DNA of 64,000 nucleotides from Octopus vulgaris (GCA_951406725.2 OX597831.1:44640001-44704000); one strand, 5' to 3'; numbered from the stretch's first letter, positions 49,660 to 63,453 are shown. A program made the numbers and translations. Notes: a model not told the origin generated them from the letters alone.

Positions 49660-50350
49660 AATAATAATAATAATGAAATTATTGTATACATTGCTCAGGT
49701 GCATCACAACTTGTCAAAAGTGCATATAAATCATATGCAGTAATGTACAAATGTCTGGGAAGTGAACTGTGTATGAGTCAGATACATGCTTGCGTGTATA
49801 TGGAGGGGAGAAAATCAGGTGTAGTGTTGGTAAATATCAGGAAGCATGAAAGTTTTGAAGGATGCAGTGCTCCGACAACAACTGATGCCGATAGTTTGTT
49901 CCATGCTTCAGCAACTCTTAGCATGAAAAATGTTTCCGAAAGTCATGGGAGCTGTGCTGTTTTCTGACTTTGTAAACATGTCCACAGGTGTTAGACAGGT
50001 GGAGTTTGAAAAGGTGCTCAGAGTTATTATTAGTAAGATGGTTAATAATTTTATGAGTGTCTGCTAAGTCAGCTACCAGACATTGGAGTTTCAATGTATC
50101 CATGCCCAGGGAAGTAAGGAATTCAGAATATGGCAAATGCCTGATGGAGGGTATGCTCTTGGTTGCACGTCGCTGAACGGTTTCCAGACAATTAATATCC
50201 TGGGCAAGATAGGGGTTCCAGACCGGTGATGCAAATTCCAGGTGAGGCCACACCATAGCTATATAAAGCCTCTGATAGATACCCGGAGAGCAGCTCACAA
50301 AGGACTTGGTGAGTGATGGCAAGACACCCTCGGCCTTCATGGCAATTTTA
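49660..50350 (-). pseudogene. CR1/L2-type LINE ORF2 3' fragment
   Basis: LYIAMVWPHLEFASPVWNPY...LETVQRRATK.IPSIRHLPYSE.L..LG, a CR1-like C-terminus, ending at (AAT)n. Confidence 0.85.
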
Positions 50351-50878
50351 GCAACTTCTGCTATGGAGTATGAGTCTTCTTGAGTACAACAAGGTGATAG
50401 GTATCTCAGTCCTTTGTCATAATTTGTTACGGAAAAGTTTTCACTGCCAGATGCTTTTCTTGGCAAACCTTTATCTATTTCCAAATAAGGTAATATTTTC
50501 TCAAATCCATTGAAAATGAACACAAAAATGAGTGGATATGTTTTAACAGAAGACTGCAAGAAAGGAAAAGAAAAAAATATTCTGTCTTCTTTTTCTTAAG
50601 ATATAAAATTTGTAAAAGCTGGCAGAAACATTTGCATGCCAGGTGAAATGCTTAGCAGTATTTCACCTGTATTTATGTGCTGAGCTCAAATTCTGCCAAA
50701 GTTGACTTTGCTTTTTATCCTTTTGGGGGTCGATAAATTAAGTACCAGTTGCACACTGGGGTTGTTCTAATCAACTGGTCCCCTCCCCAATAATTTCAGG
50801 CCTTGTACCTAGAGTAGAAAAGAATATATAAAATTTGTACACCACGTCAAACAATCTATACATACACACATACATACG

Positions 50879-52352
50879 TTAGAGAACAAGTTTCAGGTGT
50901 GGAAGCAAGGTCTAGAATCGAAGGGCCTTAGAGTTAACTTAGCAAAAACCAGTCTTAGTAAATTGCGAGGTGGACAAATCACAAATCCTTTCAGGTAGAT
51001 GGCCCTGCTTGATCTGTGGAAAAGGCATAGGCAGAAACTCCATAAAATGTACCCAGTGTAAGCTATGGACTCATAAGAGGTGCAGCAATATCAAAGGAAG
51101 GCAGTTTTTGAATGTAAAAGGTGCATGGGTACAATAAACAGCAAAAATGTACAGAAAATAGATTCCATCACATGCCATGGGACAGAAACTAGAAGTACTC
51201 AATAGCTTCCATTACCTAGGTGCCCAAGTCAGTAGTTGGGGTGGATGCTCTGAGAGCATAGCTGCTAGAATAAGAATAAGTTGAGCAAAGTTCAGAGAGC
51301 TCCAACCTCTGCTGGCAACAAAGGGCCTCTCACTCAGAGTGAAAGGCAGACTATATGGTGCCTGTGTACGAACAACCATGCTACATGGCAGTGAAACATG
51401 GGCTGTAACTGCTAAGGATATGCATAAGCTTTCAAGAAATGAAGCTAGTATGCTCTGCTAGATGTGTAATGTTAGTGTACATGCACGACAGAATGTAAGC
51501 ATCTTGAGAGAAAAGTTGGACATAAGAAGCATCAGATGTGGTGTGCAAGGGAGATGACTGCACTGGTATGGTCATATGATGCATATGGATGAGGACAGCT
51601 GTGTGAAGAAGTGTCACACCCTAACAGTCGAGGGAACCTGTGGAAGAGGTAGACCTAGGAAGACATGGGATGAGGTGGTGAAGCATGATCTTCAAATGTT
51701 GGGCCTCACAGAGGCAATGACTAGTGACCGAGACCTTTGGAGATATGCCATGCTTGAGAAGACCCATCAAGTGAAATAAGATTGTAGTCATGGCTGATGC
51801 CAGTGCCATCTGACTGGCACATAAAAAGCACCACTTGTGTGTTGGGCTTCATGGAGGCAGTGATGTCAAGCCAAGTGAGATCATAATTGTGGCCGATGCC
51901 AGTGTTGCATAACTGGCCCGTAAGAAGCACCCTTCAATTGTTGGGTGATATGCTGTGCTTGAGAAGACCTGTCAAATCAAGTGAAATCATAGTCATGGCT
52001 GATGCCAGTGTTGTCTGATTGGCATGTAAAAAGCACTGTTAGAGTGTTGGGCCTCATGGAAGCAGTGGCAGATGACCAAGACCCTTGGCAATACACCATG
52101 CTTGTGTTGACCTATCAAGCCAAGTGAGACCATAGAAGTGACCAATGCCAATATCAGGTCAACGGCACCTGTACTGGCAGCACATAAAAAACACCCACTA
52201 CACTCTCAACATGGTTGGTATTAGGAAGGGCATCCAGCTGTAGAAACTTTGCCAAATCAGATTGGAACCTGGTGCAGCCCACCTGCATACCAGTTTTCAG
52301 TCAAACTGTTCAACCCATGCCAGCATGGAAAGCGGAGGTTAAATGATGATGA
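50879..52352 (+). pseudogene. 5'-truncated RTE LINE (RT C-terminal part, ORF end at ~51779, then the 3' tail)
   Basis: LESKGLRVNLAKT...FHYLG...RVKGRLYGACVRTTMLHGSETW...WYGHMM...RGRPRKTWDEVVK, with stops and frameshifts; joined to the abundant tail repeat. Confidence 0.88.
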
Positions 52353-52469
52353 TATATATATATATGTATGTATGTATGTATGTATATATGTATAATTCAA
52401 AAAGACAAAGACAGGTGAAGGAATAGCAAGCAGGTGTATTAGTTTGATGCTCAGGAAGAATGGAAAAGT

Positions 52470-52505
52470 CTTTGACATTTCAAGCCTACACTCTTTAACA
52501 GAAAG
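52470..52505 (-). ncRNA. Decayed PLE-type hammerhead motif
   Basis: Minus strand: CUUU-CUGUUAA-AGAG-uguagg-CUU-GAAA-UG-UC^AAAG. Stem I is intact; the core is altered by transition-type changes. Confidence 0.45.
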
Positions 52506-53019
52506 AGGTGAGAAGAAGAAATAGAGATAGAAAAAAAAAATTGTCAGGATTAACAGTTTAACATAATGAAATGACTGGAAGAAAGAGGCCAAATGAAGGG
52601 GAGATAACAGTGACCAGGCTGAACTGGGGAGTGCAAGTGTGTGTGTGCATGTGAGAATGGTGTGTGTATGTGTATGCATGTGTGGGTGAACTTAAAATTA
52701 TGTCAACCTGTGTTTGTGTGTGTTGTGTGGGGCGATGTGTTCCATGTATTTATGTATGTGGACATGTGTATGTATGTATGTATATATATGTATGTATGTA
52801 TATATATATACATACATATATATATACATATATACACACTTATACATATATATGTGTGTGTGTGAATATATATGTATGTGAGTGTATACATATACACACA
52901 CACACATACATATATACATACATATACACGTGTGTGTGTACATATATATATATATAAATACACACACACACACACATACGTGAAGATGAGTCATTAATTA
53001 GCATCAATGTACTTTTTTT

Positions 53020-53400
53020 TCCAATTGGTTGGAAATTTAGTTGTGTTCTGCATCAGTGAATTAAGGTCTCCTTCTAGCTGCAAAGATGCAGGTCTGAAAC
53101 ATCAATTAAGTTGATGTTGTTATTGCTTTGAATATGATTGCTGCACTGCTTTCTATTTACCCCAAAGCAGAGTGTTTAGTAATTAACTTTTTAGCAAATT
53201 TGTTACAACAAAACAAGTCTTGACAATGTATGTATATCATTTTCCATCATATTCATTGGCTGTTATACTTGTGTAGTATCACATGATGGCATTGCATCAC
53301 AGCCTCTGTTGGGCAGGATCCTCCTAGAGGGCAGTTGGTGTGATTTCGGAATTTACAAGTTGGAATGTGGGGTAGAGAATGTGAGGGATATGCTTATTTC
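53020..53400 (-). pseudogene. Highly decayed Penelope-like GIY-YIG region
   Basis: The minus strand gives CKFRNHTNCPLGGSCPTEAV, resembling the PLE CxCR..CPL.G.C linker upstream of GIY-YIG. The remainder is heavily frameshifted. Confidence 0.5.
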
Positions 53401-53553
53401 TGTTGAAGTGTACAATTTTTGAAATGATATTAACTAAAGTTTAGTAACTAACTTTGATATTTTGAGCAGTAAAGAGTTTATGATACTTACATGTTGTTGG
53501 GAAATGATCTAATTAGGGACAAGAATTTTCTAGCTTTCTGCGGGTCTGACTAT

Positions 53554-53596
53554 GCTGCATTGATAAAGGGCAACAACCCTGAAACATGTCTGCAGC
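53554..53596 (+). ncRNA. Type-I hammerhead motif with two core mutations
   Basis: GCUGCA-UUGAUAA-AGGG-caacaa-CCCU-GAAA-CAUG-UC^UGCAGC. Stems I (6 bp) and II (4 bp) are perfect; the canonical CUGAUGA reads UUGAUAA. Confidence 0.65.
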
Positions 53597-55519
53597 TGTC
53601 TGACTAGCAGGATGAAGCGGCTGACCTCCCCTGTTCAAAGGTTTGTAATGGACGCAGGTTGTGTGTCAAATAGCTAGCTAGAGGCGGTGGCCTCTTGGAG
53701 CTAATCAGCGACAGCTTTAGTCTTATATTCAGCGGTGGTGCCCCAGCATGGCCGCGGCCTTCGGGCTAAAACATTTTTAAGGATTTAAGGATATGAACAG
53801 GTACATCTAAATTGAATGAAAGACCTCTGCCATTCAAAAATGACAATTGAGTTGTTTATTCAACTGAATTATCTGCTCCTGCATTAATGCATAATTGGTT
53901 GAGCATCCAACAATTCATCATCATTATCGTTGTCATAGTTGTCATCATCATGGTCGTTATCATCATCATCATTTAACATCCACTTTCCATGCTGGCATGG
54001 GTTAGATGGTTTGACTCATGCAAGCATGGAAAAGTGAATAAATGATGATACAGTACTTATGACTTAAGACAATGGTAATTTCCTTAAAGGATTCCTGCAG
54101 CAATTATACCTTATAAATTTCTATTATTACATCATAGTCTGACAACGAGCTAGCAGAATTGTTAGCAGGCTGGGTAAAATGCATAGTGGCATTTGTCTGT
54201 TCTTATATTCTGAGTTCAAATTCGGCCAAGGTAGACTTTGGCTTTCATCCTTTCAGGGTCAATGAAATAAGCACCAGATATGCACTGGGGTCAATGAAAT
54301 AAGTATCAGTTATGCACTGGGGTCGATGTAATTGACTAACCCTTCCCCCAAAAATTTCAGGTCTTGTGTCTTTAGTAGAAAGGATTATTACATCCTAGTC
54401 CATTGGCTACAGAACAGATGCTGTGCAGAAGCATATAAACTACATTTACTTTAAGCTTTGTTTGAACTTCATCAAGATTTGGACAATAGCCAGAAGCATT
54501 GTTTGACAGAGGAATAACTTTGGGTAGCAAATCAATAATGATGCAGAAATTGTACACAACAATGTAAAACTGGTTTGTATCCTTGTCTGAGAATCATTCC
54601 TGCCTGACATACTTCTTATTCAACTTCCAGTAAATAGGCAACAGTAAGTTATTTCTCCCTTTCAATGCACAAAGTTTTTTTTTCCAAGAGCTATACTAAT
54701 TTCAGAGCTCCCAAAACATTACCACCAAGAAGCCATGTTAGTTTATCCTTCTGAAAACTTTTCTTCAATGGCAATAGAGGTCTTGAAGGCATTCTCTACC
54801 AATATAATCTGCCACTGCTACTGCTATCAATGTCATGATCATCAATGATCATCATCATCACCATAATGTATGGTTTTCCATGCTAGGCATGTTGAGACAT
54901 ATTTTCTGTGGATGGATGCTCTTTCTATCTTTTCAACTCAAAGCACAAGGCCCGAAATTTTTGGGGAGGTGGGGCAGTTGATTAGATCAACACAGTATGC
55001 AACTGGTACTTAATTTATTGACCCCGAAAGGATGAAAGGCAAAGTCGACGTCGGCGGAATTTGAACTCGGAACATCAAGACAGACGAAATACCGCTAAGC
55101 ATTTTGCCCGGCGTGCTAACGATTCTGCCTGCTCACACTCACCTGTTTCCAAGCAAGGTAATGTTCCTCTATAGCCAGGCGTGTTTTACATGGAAAAGTG
55201 GAAACAGTAGTGCTTGTATGCTGGTGAGCCTCACTGACATCCATCATCAAAAATCAAGCCAAAGATACACAGACATATTGGTTTCAAATTTTGGCACAAA
55301 TTCAACAAGTTCAGGGTTAGGGATAAGTCAATTATATTTGACACCAATGCTCAGCTGGTACTTATTTTATCAACCCTGAAAGGACAAAAGGCAAATCAAC
55401 TTCAGTGAAATTTGAACTCAGAACGTAAAGACAGATGAAAAGCCACTAAGCATTTTGCATGACATGCTAATGGTTCTGTCAGCTTACTGCCTTAGACACA
55501 TACATACATTATATAATAT

Positions 55520-55922
55520 GGACTGAACCTTGGTGGGCCCCTACTTCTACCTGGAATTCTTCACTGTACTCATTTCCAACTCTCATCTTACTGACAGCAT
55601 CCCTGTACATGGCTTGCACAGCTCTCACTAACCATTCATCTATCCCTAGTTTCCTCATTGACCACCGGATAAGGGATTGGGTGAACCTGTCAAAGGCTTT
55701 CTCCATGTCAACAAAAGTCAGGTACAGAAGTTTATCTTTGGCTAGGTATTTCTCCTGCAGCTGTCTTACCAGAAATATAGCATCAGTGGTGCTTTTCCCT
55801 GGCACGAACCCAAACAGCATCTCATCTAAACTGACTCTCTCCCTAATTAGTTGGGCTATGACCTTCTCCGTGACCTTCATTACCTGATCCAACAACTTGA
55901 TACCTCTGTAATTATTTGTATC
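55520..55922 (-). pseudogene. RTE reverse-transcriptase fragment
   Basis: FGFVPGKSTTDAIFLVRQLQEKY...FVDMEKAFDR...V.VGAHQGS are RT core motifs. Confidence 0.9.
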
Positions 55923-57644
55923 TAAAATTATAGAATATTGTATATATATATATTAGATTGTTTCGCATGACATGTTGTATTTGAAAGGTAACAATGAAAT
56001 GTTTCAGAAGTGTTAGAGAACTGATTTATTTAATCAAAGTATGATCCATGTTTGTTTATGATGTTTACCCAACGTTTCTCTATATCATATATTCCATCTT
56101 TAAAAAAAATTCCTCTTTTGCTGTGATAAACTATCCAAATGCTTCAATTACCTCTTCTCTATTTAAGAATGTTTTATTGCTTATGAAAAGCTCAAAACTA
56201 CTTTTATATATATATATATATATATATCATCATCATCATCGTTTAACATCCATTTTCTACGCTAGCATGGGTTGGATGGTTGGGGGCTGCACCAGGCTCC
56301 AGTCTGATCTGGCAGTGTTCTATTTCGCATATCCTGCTTTTCTGGTTCCAAAACATTTGTTTATCAGTGGCATATGGTGGTTGTTGTACTAGGTGTGCTG
56401 CCACACCCAATGCCACCAAATTTCAAGCAGGGGTATAACTAAAGATTTCCATTAAGATTTGTGATTAAATTAATGAGTATGGTTAATATTTATAACGAAT
56501 TTGCCATTTTCGATAGGTGTGCAGTGCACTCCTAGCACACACAGAATATACGCCCCTGATTTTTATTGTTGTTCCCTATATTTTTTTGTAATGGGTCATT
56601 GGTTCTTAGTGACAGTCTTTCTAATATCCTGTTTATTTACCCTTATCTAATTGCTATTTATTCTACCTAGGTGTTTCACAAATTGTTTTATTGAAGCATT
56701 TCCTGTTTTTTTCGTTACAGTTCAGTGATTAAGTCGTCATGATTCAGTAGCTTCATATCATGTTATTATTTCACCACTACCATCATCATCATCACCATCA
56801 TCATCATCATCTTCATCATCATCTTCATTATCATCGTCATCATCATCATCATCATCATAATGATCATCATCATCATCATCATCACTATCACCATCATTTA
56901 ATGCTCATGTTCCATGCTGTCATGGATCAGTGGGTCTAAGGAGTGCATTATGCATCGGCAAGGTTTCTATGGCTGGATGCTCGTCCTAATACAGACCACT
57001 TTACAGTGTGTATTGAGTGCTTCTTTTTTTGTGTTATTGGCATTTGTGAGGTCATCATGTAGCTTGCAAGCCTACAAAATCTGAGGAGGGGATGTGTCCT
57101 TATGCTAGTTGGGGTTTAAGGTATGAGAGGAGTTGGGGGAGTAGAGCAGGTTCTTGTAGAGAAAATACATGGCTATTCACATTTAAGGGAGAGATAAATA
57201 GTCCTGATGAGGTATCCAGGTGGCACCTCAAGGTGCAAGATGAGTAGTTGTCAGTGGGGACAGAAATGCTAGGGGTGTGTGCATGTAGGGATTTGCAAGA
57301 ACGCATTGGGTGGGGGAGAGGCAAGAGCTTGGGGAGAACGAGAAAGGGGAGGTAGGCAACATCTGTAAAGATTGGGGTAGAGTTGGAGGGTGGATGGAGG
57401 AAGTGGTGGATACAGGGGTTGGAAATGGCCAATGGTGCCATGTGCTGAGGATAATGATAATGATGATATTTTTGACAGTGAGTGAGAAGACAAGAGAGAG
57501 AGAGATGATATGTGTTTGGATAGGCTGCAGGAGAGAGGCACACAAAGTGCATGAAGAAAGATAATTTGGAGGTTGAGTGGAAGAAGAGGATCTATTCATT
57601 TACCATCTTTTTTTTCTTGTTAGCATGGATTGAATGGAGATTTG

Positions 57645-58351
57645 CTGTAAATCCTTGAGTATAACCTGCATTTTTTTGCCAAAATTTAAAGGTCAAAATC
57701 CCCAGTGCGTATTATACACAAAGTTAAAAATGAAAATCATTTTCTAAGCAATGTTTGAGTCTCTATTTGCTGTCCGGCAATGTTTATTCAGACGCATTTT
57801 GTGATGTTGGGCACGAAAATACCTTAACCCTTTTGTTACCAACCCGGCTGAAACCGGCTCTAGCTCTGAGTACAAATGTCTTGTTTTCATAAGTTTGGAA
57901 TTAAAATCTTCCACCAAACCTTAGTCACAATTTATGTTCCTAACACTAGCTGAATGATCACTAAGTTATTTTACTAAATTCTTTGTTATATTTAAAGTAA
58001 TTGAAAGAAACACAGAGCATCTCAAAATAAATACAGTAACGAAAGGGTTAAATCATCCATAACTTGTAGTAAGCAACATTTATCAAACATTATTACTGTT
58101 ATTTCTTTATTTTCTGCAAACAAAATGGACAAAAATGCTACGCGTTTGCATTATGTTATATATATAATAATAATAATAATGTACATTACCGTATACATTT
58201 TTACAAACCAAGGACGTTATATAGACCTCCTTGACTCAAGATACAGAAGGAGTGCGTATTATACAGAAGGTTTAGGTTTTTCAGAGGCACAGCCTCCTAA
58301 AATTCCTCTGCATATTATGCTCAAGGGTGGACTATACTCGAGGATTTATGG
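57645..58351. mobile_element. Tc1/mariner-pogo-type MITE with a nested family-B MITE
   Basis: TIRs ctgtaaatccttgagtata / tatactcgaggatttatgg followed by TA; TTAA-flanked insert at 57828-58047. Confidence 0.75.
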
Positions 58352-58674
58352 TATTAAAGGCAAGGTTTAACATCCAGGATGCTCTTCTTGTCCCCAACAC
58401 TTGCCTGTTTTTCAAGTAAGGGATAACTTACTTTTCAAGTAAGTTATTTCACAGGTCTTTGAAAGCTCATAATGACTTGTCATAATATCGACAGAGAATG
58501 TAAGAATAATGTCACTGGCAGTGACAAGCAAAGCCATAGAATGTCTACATTGGTTTCAAATTTTGTCATAGGGCCAGCAATTTATGGGGAGTGGGTAAGA
58601 CGATTACATCAACCCTAGTGCTCAACTGGTACTTATTTTATCAACCCTGAAAGGGTGAAAGGGAAAGTTGACTC

Positions 58675-58947
58675 TCAAGTTTCTCACTAAAAACATGGTA
58701 TCACTTCCACACTTGCCCTATTCACCAGATTTAGCATCTGCAGACTTCCATTTCTTCCCCAAGGTGTAAATGCAGCTCAAAGATTGCTGTTTTAACATTG
58801 TTGTCGAGATCCAGAGCAAATCACAGAAGTTTCTCAAATCCCTTACAAAAAACGACCTCTAGGCCAGATTCCAAAAGTGGAAAGAACACTGGGACAGGTA
58901 TATTGTTGCTCAAAGTGACTATTTTGAAATAGATGATGTTAAAACAT
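58675..58947 (+). pseudogene. Mariner transposase C-terminal remnant
   Basis: LPHLPYSPDLASADFHFFPK...FQKWKEHWDRYIVAQSDYFE, containing the YSPDL motif. Confidence 0.85.
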
Positions 58948-60703
58948 AGGCGCAGGAGTGGCTGTGTGGTAAGTAGCTTGCTTACCAACCATATGGTTCT
59001 GGGTTCAGTCACACTGCATGGTACCTTGGGCAAGTGTCTTCTACTATAGCCTTGAGCTGACCAATGTGAGTGGATTTGGTAGACGGAAACTGAAAGAAGC
59101 CCATCGTATATATATATGTATGTATGTGTGTGTGTGTATATGTTTGTGTGTCTGTGTTTGTCCCCCCTAACATCACTTGACAACCAATGGTGGTGTGTTT
59201 ACGTCCTTGTAACTTAATGGGTTCGGCAAGAGAGAACAATAGAATAAGTATGAGGCTTCCAAAGAATAAGTCCTGGGGTCGATTTGCTCAATTAAAGGCG
59301 GTGCTCCAGCATGGCCGCAGTCAAATGACTGAAACAAGTAAAAGAGTAAAGAGAGTAAAGAGCATATAAGTTAGTTTTTATTAAAGATAACTAGTTTGGG
59401 AACTTTTTGATATCACCTCATATGCATGAATATATGTACATGCAAATATATGTACATGTATCTGAGTGAAGGGGATTTGCTCTTGCAGGCTTCATGGTGA
59501 CCTCAGTGCTGGTGTCATGAAAAAAAGAACCCATTACAAGCTGTAAATTGGTTATTGTTAGGAAGGACACCCAGCTGTAGAAAGCAGTCACCAAAGCAGT
59601 CATTGGAACATGATGTAGTTTATGAAGCTATCAGAGTCTGTTAAACCATTTAACCCATGCCAGCATGAAATATGGAACGTTAAAATGAGTGCTTGAGGAG
59701 ACCTATTGAATCAAGTACATCAAAATCAAAATCAAAATGCGAACATGGCTGATGCCAGCGCCGCCTTGACTGGCCTCCGTGCCGGTGGCACATAAAAAGC
59801 ACCAACTGATCGTAGTCGGTGCCAAGCCCCTCTGGCCCCTGTGCCAGTGGCATATAAAAAGCACCCACTACACTCTCGGAGTGGTTGGTATTAGAAAGGG
59901 CATCCAGCTGTAGAAACACTACCAGATCAGACTGGAGCCTGTTGCTGCCTCCTGGCTTCCCAGAGCCCAGTCGAGCCGTCCAACCCATGCCAGCATGGAA
60001 AACGGACGTTAAACGATGATTATGATGATGATGATCTCAGTCCTTCTGGGTTTAAATTTTGTATCTTCAGATACTCTAATTATTTTCCTCATTTATTTCA
60101 TGAAATGATTCAGACATTATTTGCCATTGAGCTTATATTGTTTGGGGTTTTTTTTTTCTCTCTGCAATTATAATTATAATTAGTTTTTTGATGCTCACTG
60201 CATTTAAATGTTAACCTTATCTTTTGTTTTCATACAAATGGCATCTCAGTTTTAATTAACTTTTTGATGCTTGCTCCAATAAATATGTTAACCCTGTTTT
60301 GTTTTCTTACAGATGACATCTCTGCGTAATTAATTTTTCTCAGTGATTAATTATTGTTAATTATGCTAATTTTCGTGCCTGAACATGCACAGTATTGTAA
60401 ATCTTTGTGATTTCCTCATTGTAAATTCTTGCTATTACAGTGAAGCACAGATTCCTCTGAAGATTTCCAACGCTATCAAAACATATCAAGAGTTAGCTCC
60501 CATGCTTACCAAAATTATGCAAATAAATTTACTCATTGATCTAATGATGTTTTTTGCTTCACCAAGTAATTATTTTTAATGCCTACTGCATTAAATATAT
60601 TACACTAATTTAGCAACTGTTGCACAAAAACATTGGAAAAATCACGGCAACACTTTTATCTTAGCATTCATAAATATCATAATTCTATCTGTAGTTTGGT
60701 ATA

Positions 60704-61100
60704 TCTCTATATATATAAAGCTAAAGCTGTCTGTGTATGGCAAGTTTGGTAGCTTCAATTAACACTATCTCCTCCGAGACCCTGCGGCGCAAGTTGACCA
60801 AAATTGAGAGTATGATAGAAGAAGGCTTGCTCTTCATTCCGTAGAAGAAAAAATTCAAATCGGACCATGTTAACACTAAAAATTATTTACATCAAAAAGG
60901 TGCTTTTTTTCTATGAAAATCCCTATTTTTTACGATTTTTTTACTGTGGTGTCGCCATTCTTCGGTGTTTTTCAACCAGAAAAATGTTCACTTAAAGAGA
61001 ATAACAAGGTACATAAAGCAAAATTTTTACCTTTCAAAAATTCCAATTCTAAAGGGTCGAGAAGAAAACAAGCCTGAGCAACGCCAGGCTATACTGCTAG
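60704..61100 (+). mobile_element. Non-autonomous Helitron
   Basis: a|TCtctatatatataaag... then the hairpin gcctgagcaacgccaggc ...CTAG|t. Inserted at AT with no TSD. Confidence 0.85.
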
Positions 61101-63453
61101 TAATTATATAAAGTAACATTATTATTTAGCTCCATGTCAGCCAGCATTGAAGGGACCTATGATCAAAGACTTTGCATCTTATCCATCTATTCTTGTTTTC
61201 AGCATAGTATCTAGGACTACATTATCCAATTCTTTGTTTCTCATGGACTTTTTTTCTTTATGGGATATGATTTGAATAAGACTAGACTGCTATTTCTAGC
61301 CGAGTGAGATAGACGAGGAATGTTTCTAATTTGTGCAAGCTCCACCAGACTAAATTCTTTAAGTCAGGAGCAATTGTTCGTCAAATCAGGGTTCTTGAAG
61401 TGACCCAGTTTCGGAATGATGAGAAGCAACTTAAATTAAAGATGGATAAAACTAAATACCATAGCATAGTCTCAAAGTCTGAGTTGTGTGAAGAAAATGG
61501 CTATAAATGGAGTGGCAAGAGCCATAAGGCAAGTTTCTTACAATTTGTAGGAAACCTACTCCATGGAAAATATTGGCTGTCAGACCTGGAGTAAAATGGG
61601 TTCTGATATGTTTAGAAACACAAGACACATAGTTAATCTCACTTTGTTGCCATTTATGAACATATTTCATTAGCCATCTCAGACAAGATGCATTTCACAT
61701 AATCTCATATCTCTCTATCATAGGTCAAATGATTAAAAAGAAAGATTAGACAGAAATATAGGGGAAAAGTCAATAAATTTTATTCATCACTGAAGAATAG
61801 TTCAATCCTTTATTGTTAGAATTTTGGCCCTTAACTCTTACAGAATACTTAAAGGCGTCATTGAAGCTTATGTGTCTTCAGCACCTTTAATATATTGGAG
61901 CCTGTCCTTTTCTGAGTATAACTACAGCATATTTTTTTCAATGTAGCAAGCTTCTTACAAATTAGAAGCTTTCCTGGCAAATGTAAAGGACATGTACAGC
62001 ACCTATTTCTGGTGCTGTACATAAGAGAATATGATTCTGCCCCAAAACCATGTTTCCGAAATTTTAATTTCACCCCCCCCCCCCCACCACCAATTTATTA
62101 ATTTTAAACTTTTTTTTGAATTTTTAATTTTTTTAATCCAAGTAGAAAATTATAGAGATTAAGAATCTGGGAATTTATTTTTTTTAATTTTAATTTTTCC
62201 TTAAGAAACACTCAATGCCCCTTCCCCCACGCATCACCTCCCCACTTTCAAAAAACTAAAAACTCTGATGTTTCACACATGTAGAATTCTACTGAAATAG
62301 CAGACGTAAAAATATCAGACCACCACTGGAAAACCCAGCATGCTAGAAACAACAGGTAAATGACATTATTTCTGGAAAAACTTCTCTGCTTTCTAAAAAG
62401 CTAAAAGTGAAACATTTGGAGCTGATGGGTGGAAGTTGGGGAAGGGGATTTGAATGTTTCTTTAAGAAAAGCTATTTTAAAAAATTCTTGTACACATCCT
62501 TTACTTCTGCCTAAAATTAATGATTACCCAATAAAAAATAGTTTTTAAAAAATATTTTACCCCACACTCCTAATTCCAAAATTTTCCCCTACCAAGTCTT
62601 TCGTGTTTCTTTTATTCTTTTACTTGTTTCAGTCATTTGACTGCAGCCATGCTAGATTACCGCCTTTAGTCGAACAAATCCACCGCAGGACTTATTCTAT
62701 CGGTCTCTTTTGCCAAACCGCTAAGTTACAGGGACATAAACACACCAGCATCGGTTGTCAAGCAATGTTGAGGGGGACAAACACACACATACATATATAT
62801 ATACGACGGGCTTCTTTCAGTTTCCATCTACCAAATCCACTCACAAGGCTTTGGTTTGCACGAGGCTATAGCAGAAAACACTTGCCTAAGGTGCCACACA
62901 GTGGGACTGAACCCGGAACCATGTGCTTCGTAAGCAAGCTACTTACCACACAGCCACTCCTATGATTATATGTTTTACTAACAAAAAATTATGTTTTCTG
63001 GTTTTCGACGAGAAACAAGTTGAATGTAACCCTTCTTTCTCATTTGCAATGAGACTGTTCTCTGCCAAGAAAATTTATTAAGAATTACAAAATATGCACT
63101 CTCTCTTTATCTCTAACAAAACAGAACCTTGTGTTTTTAGAAATGAGAGTGACCCCTAGCAAGAAGATCACAAATTGAAATTTGAATTGTACACTTTATT
63201 GGTAAGTTGTTTGAGTTTTAATACTTTATCGACAATAATTTAAAGGTAAGTTACAGATAGTTTTTTTTCCATAACATAATTATAGGCGCAGGAGTGGCTG
63301 TGTGGTAAGTAGCTTGCTAACCAACCACATGGTTCCGGGTTCAGTCCCACTGCATGGCATCTTGGGCAAGTGTCTTCTGCTATAGCCCCGGGCCGACCAA
63401 TGCCTTGTGAGTGGATTTGGTAGACGGAAACTGAAAGAAGCCTGTCGTATATA

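Noticed and set aside
54385-54780. Unique-looking sequence as a possible exon of a second gene
   Set aside because: Stops in the plus-strand frames examined and no consistent acceptor-donor pair.
57100-57599. Overlapping 84-150 aa ORFs
   Set aside because: GA-rich low-complexity repeat sequence, open in several frames, with no recognisable domain.
61331-61594. 87-aa ORF on +
   Set aside because: TTG start, no motif and no compatible neighbouring exons found.
62190-62475. Degenerate inverted repeat
   Set aside because: Too diverged to define termini or a TSD; likely an old MITE.
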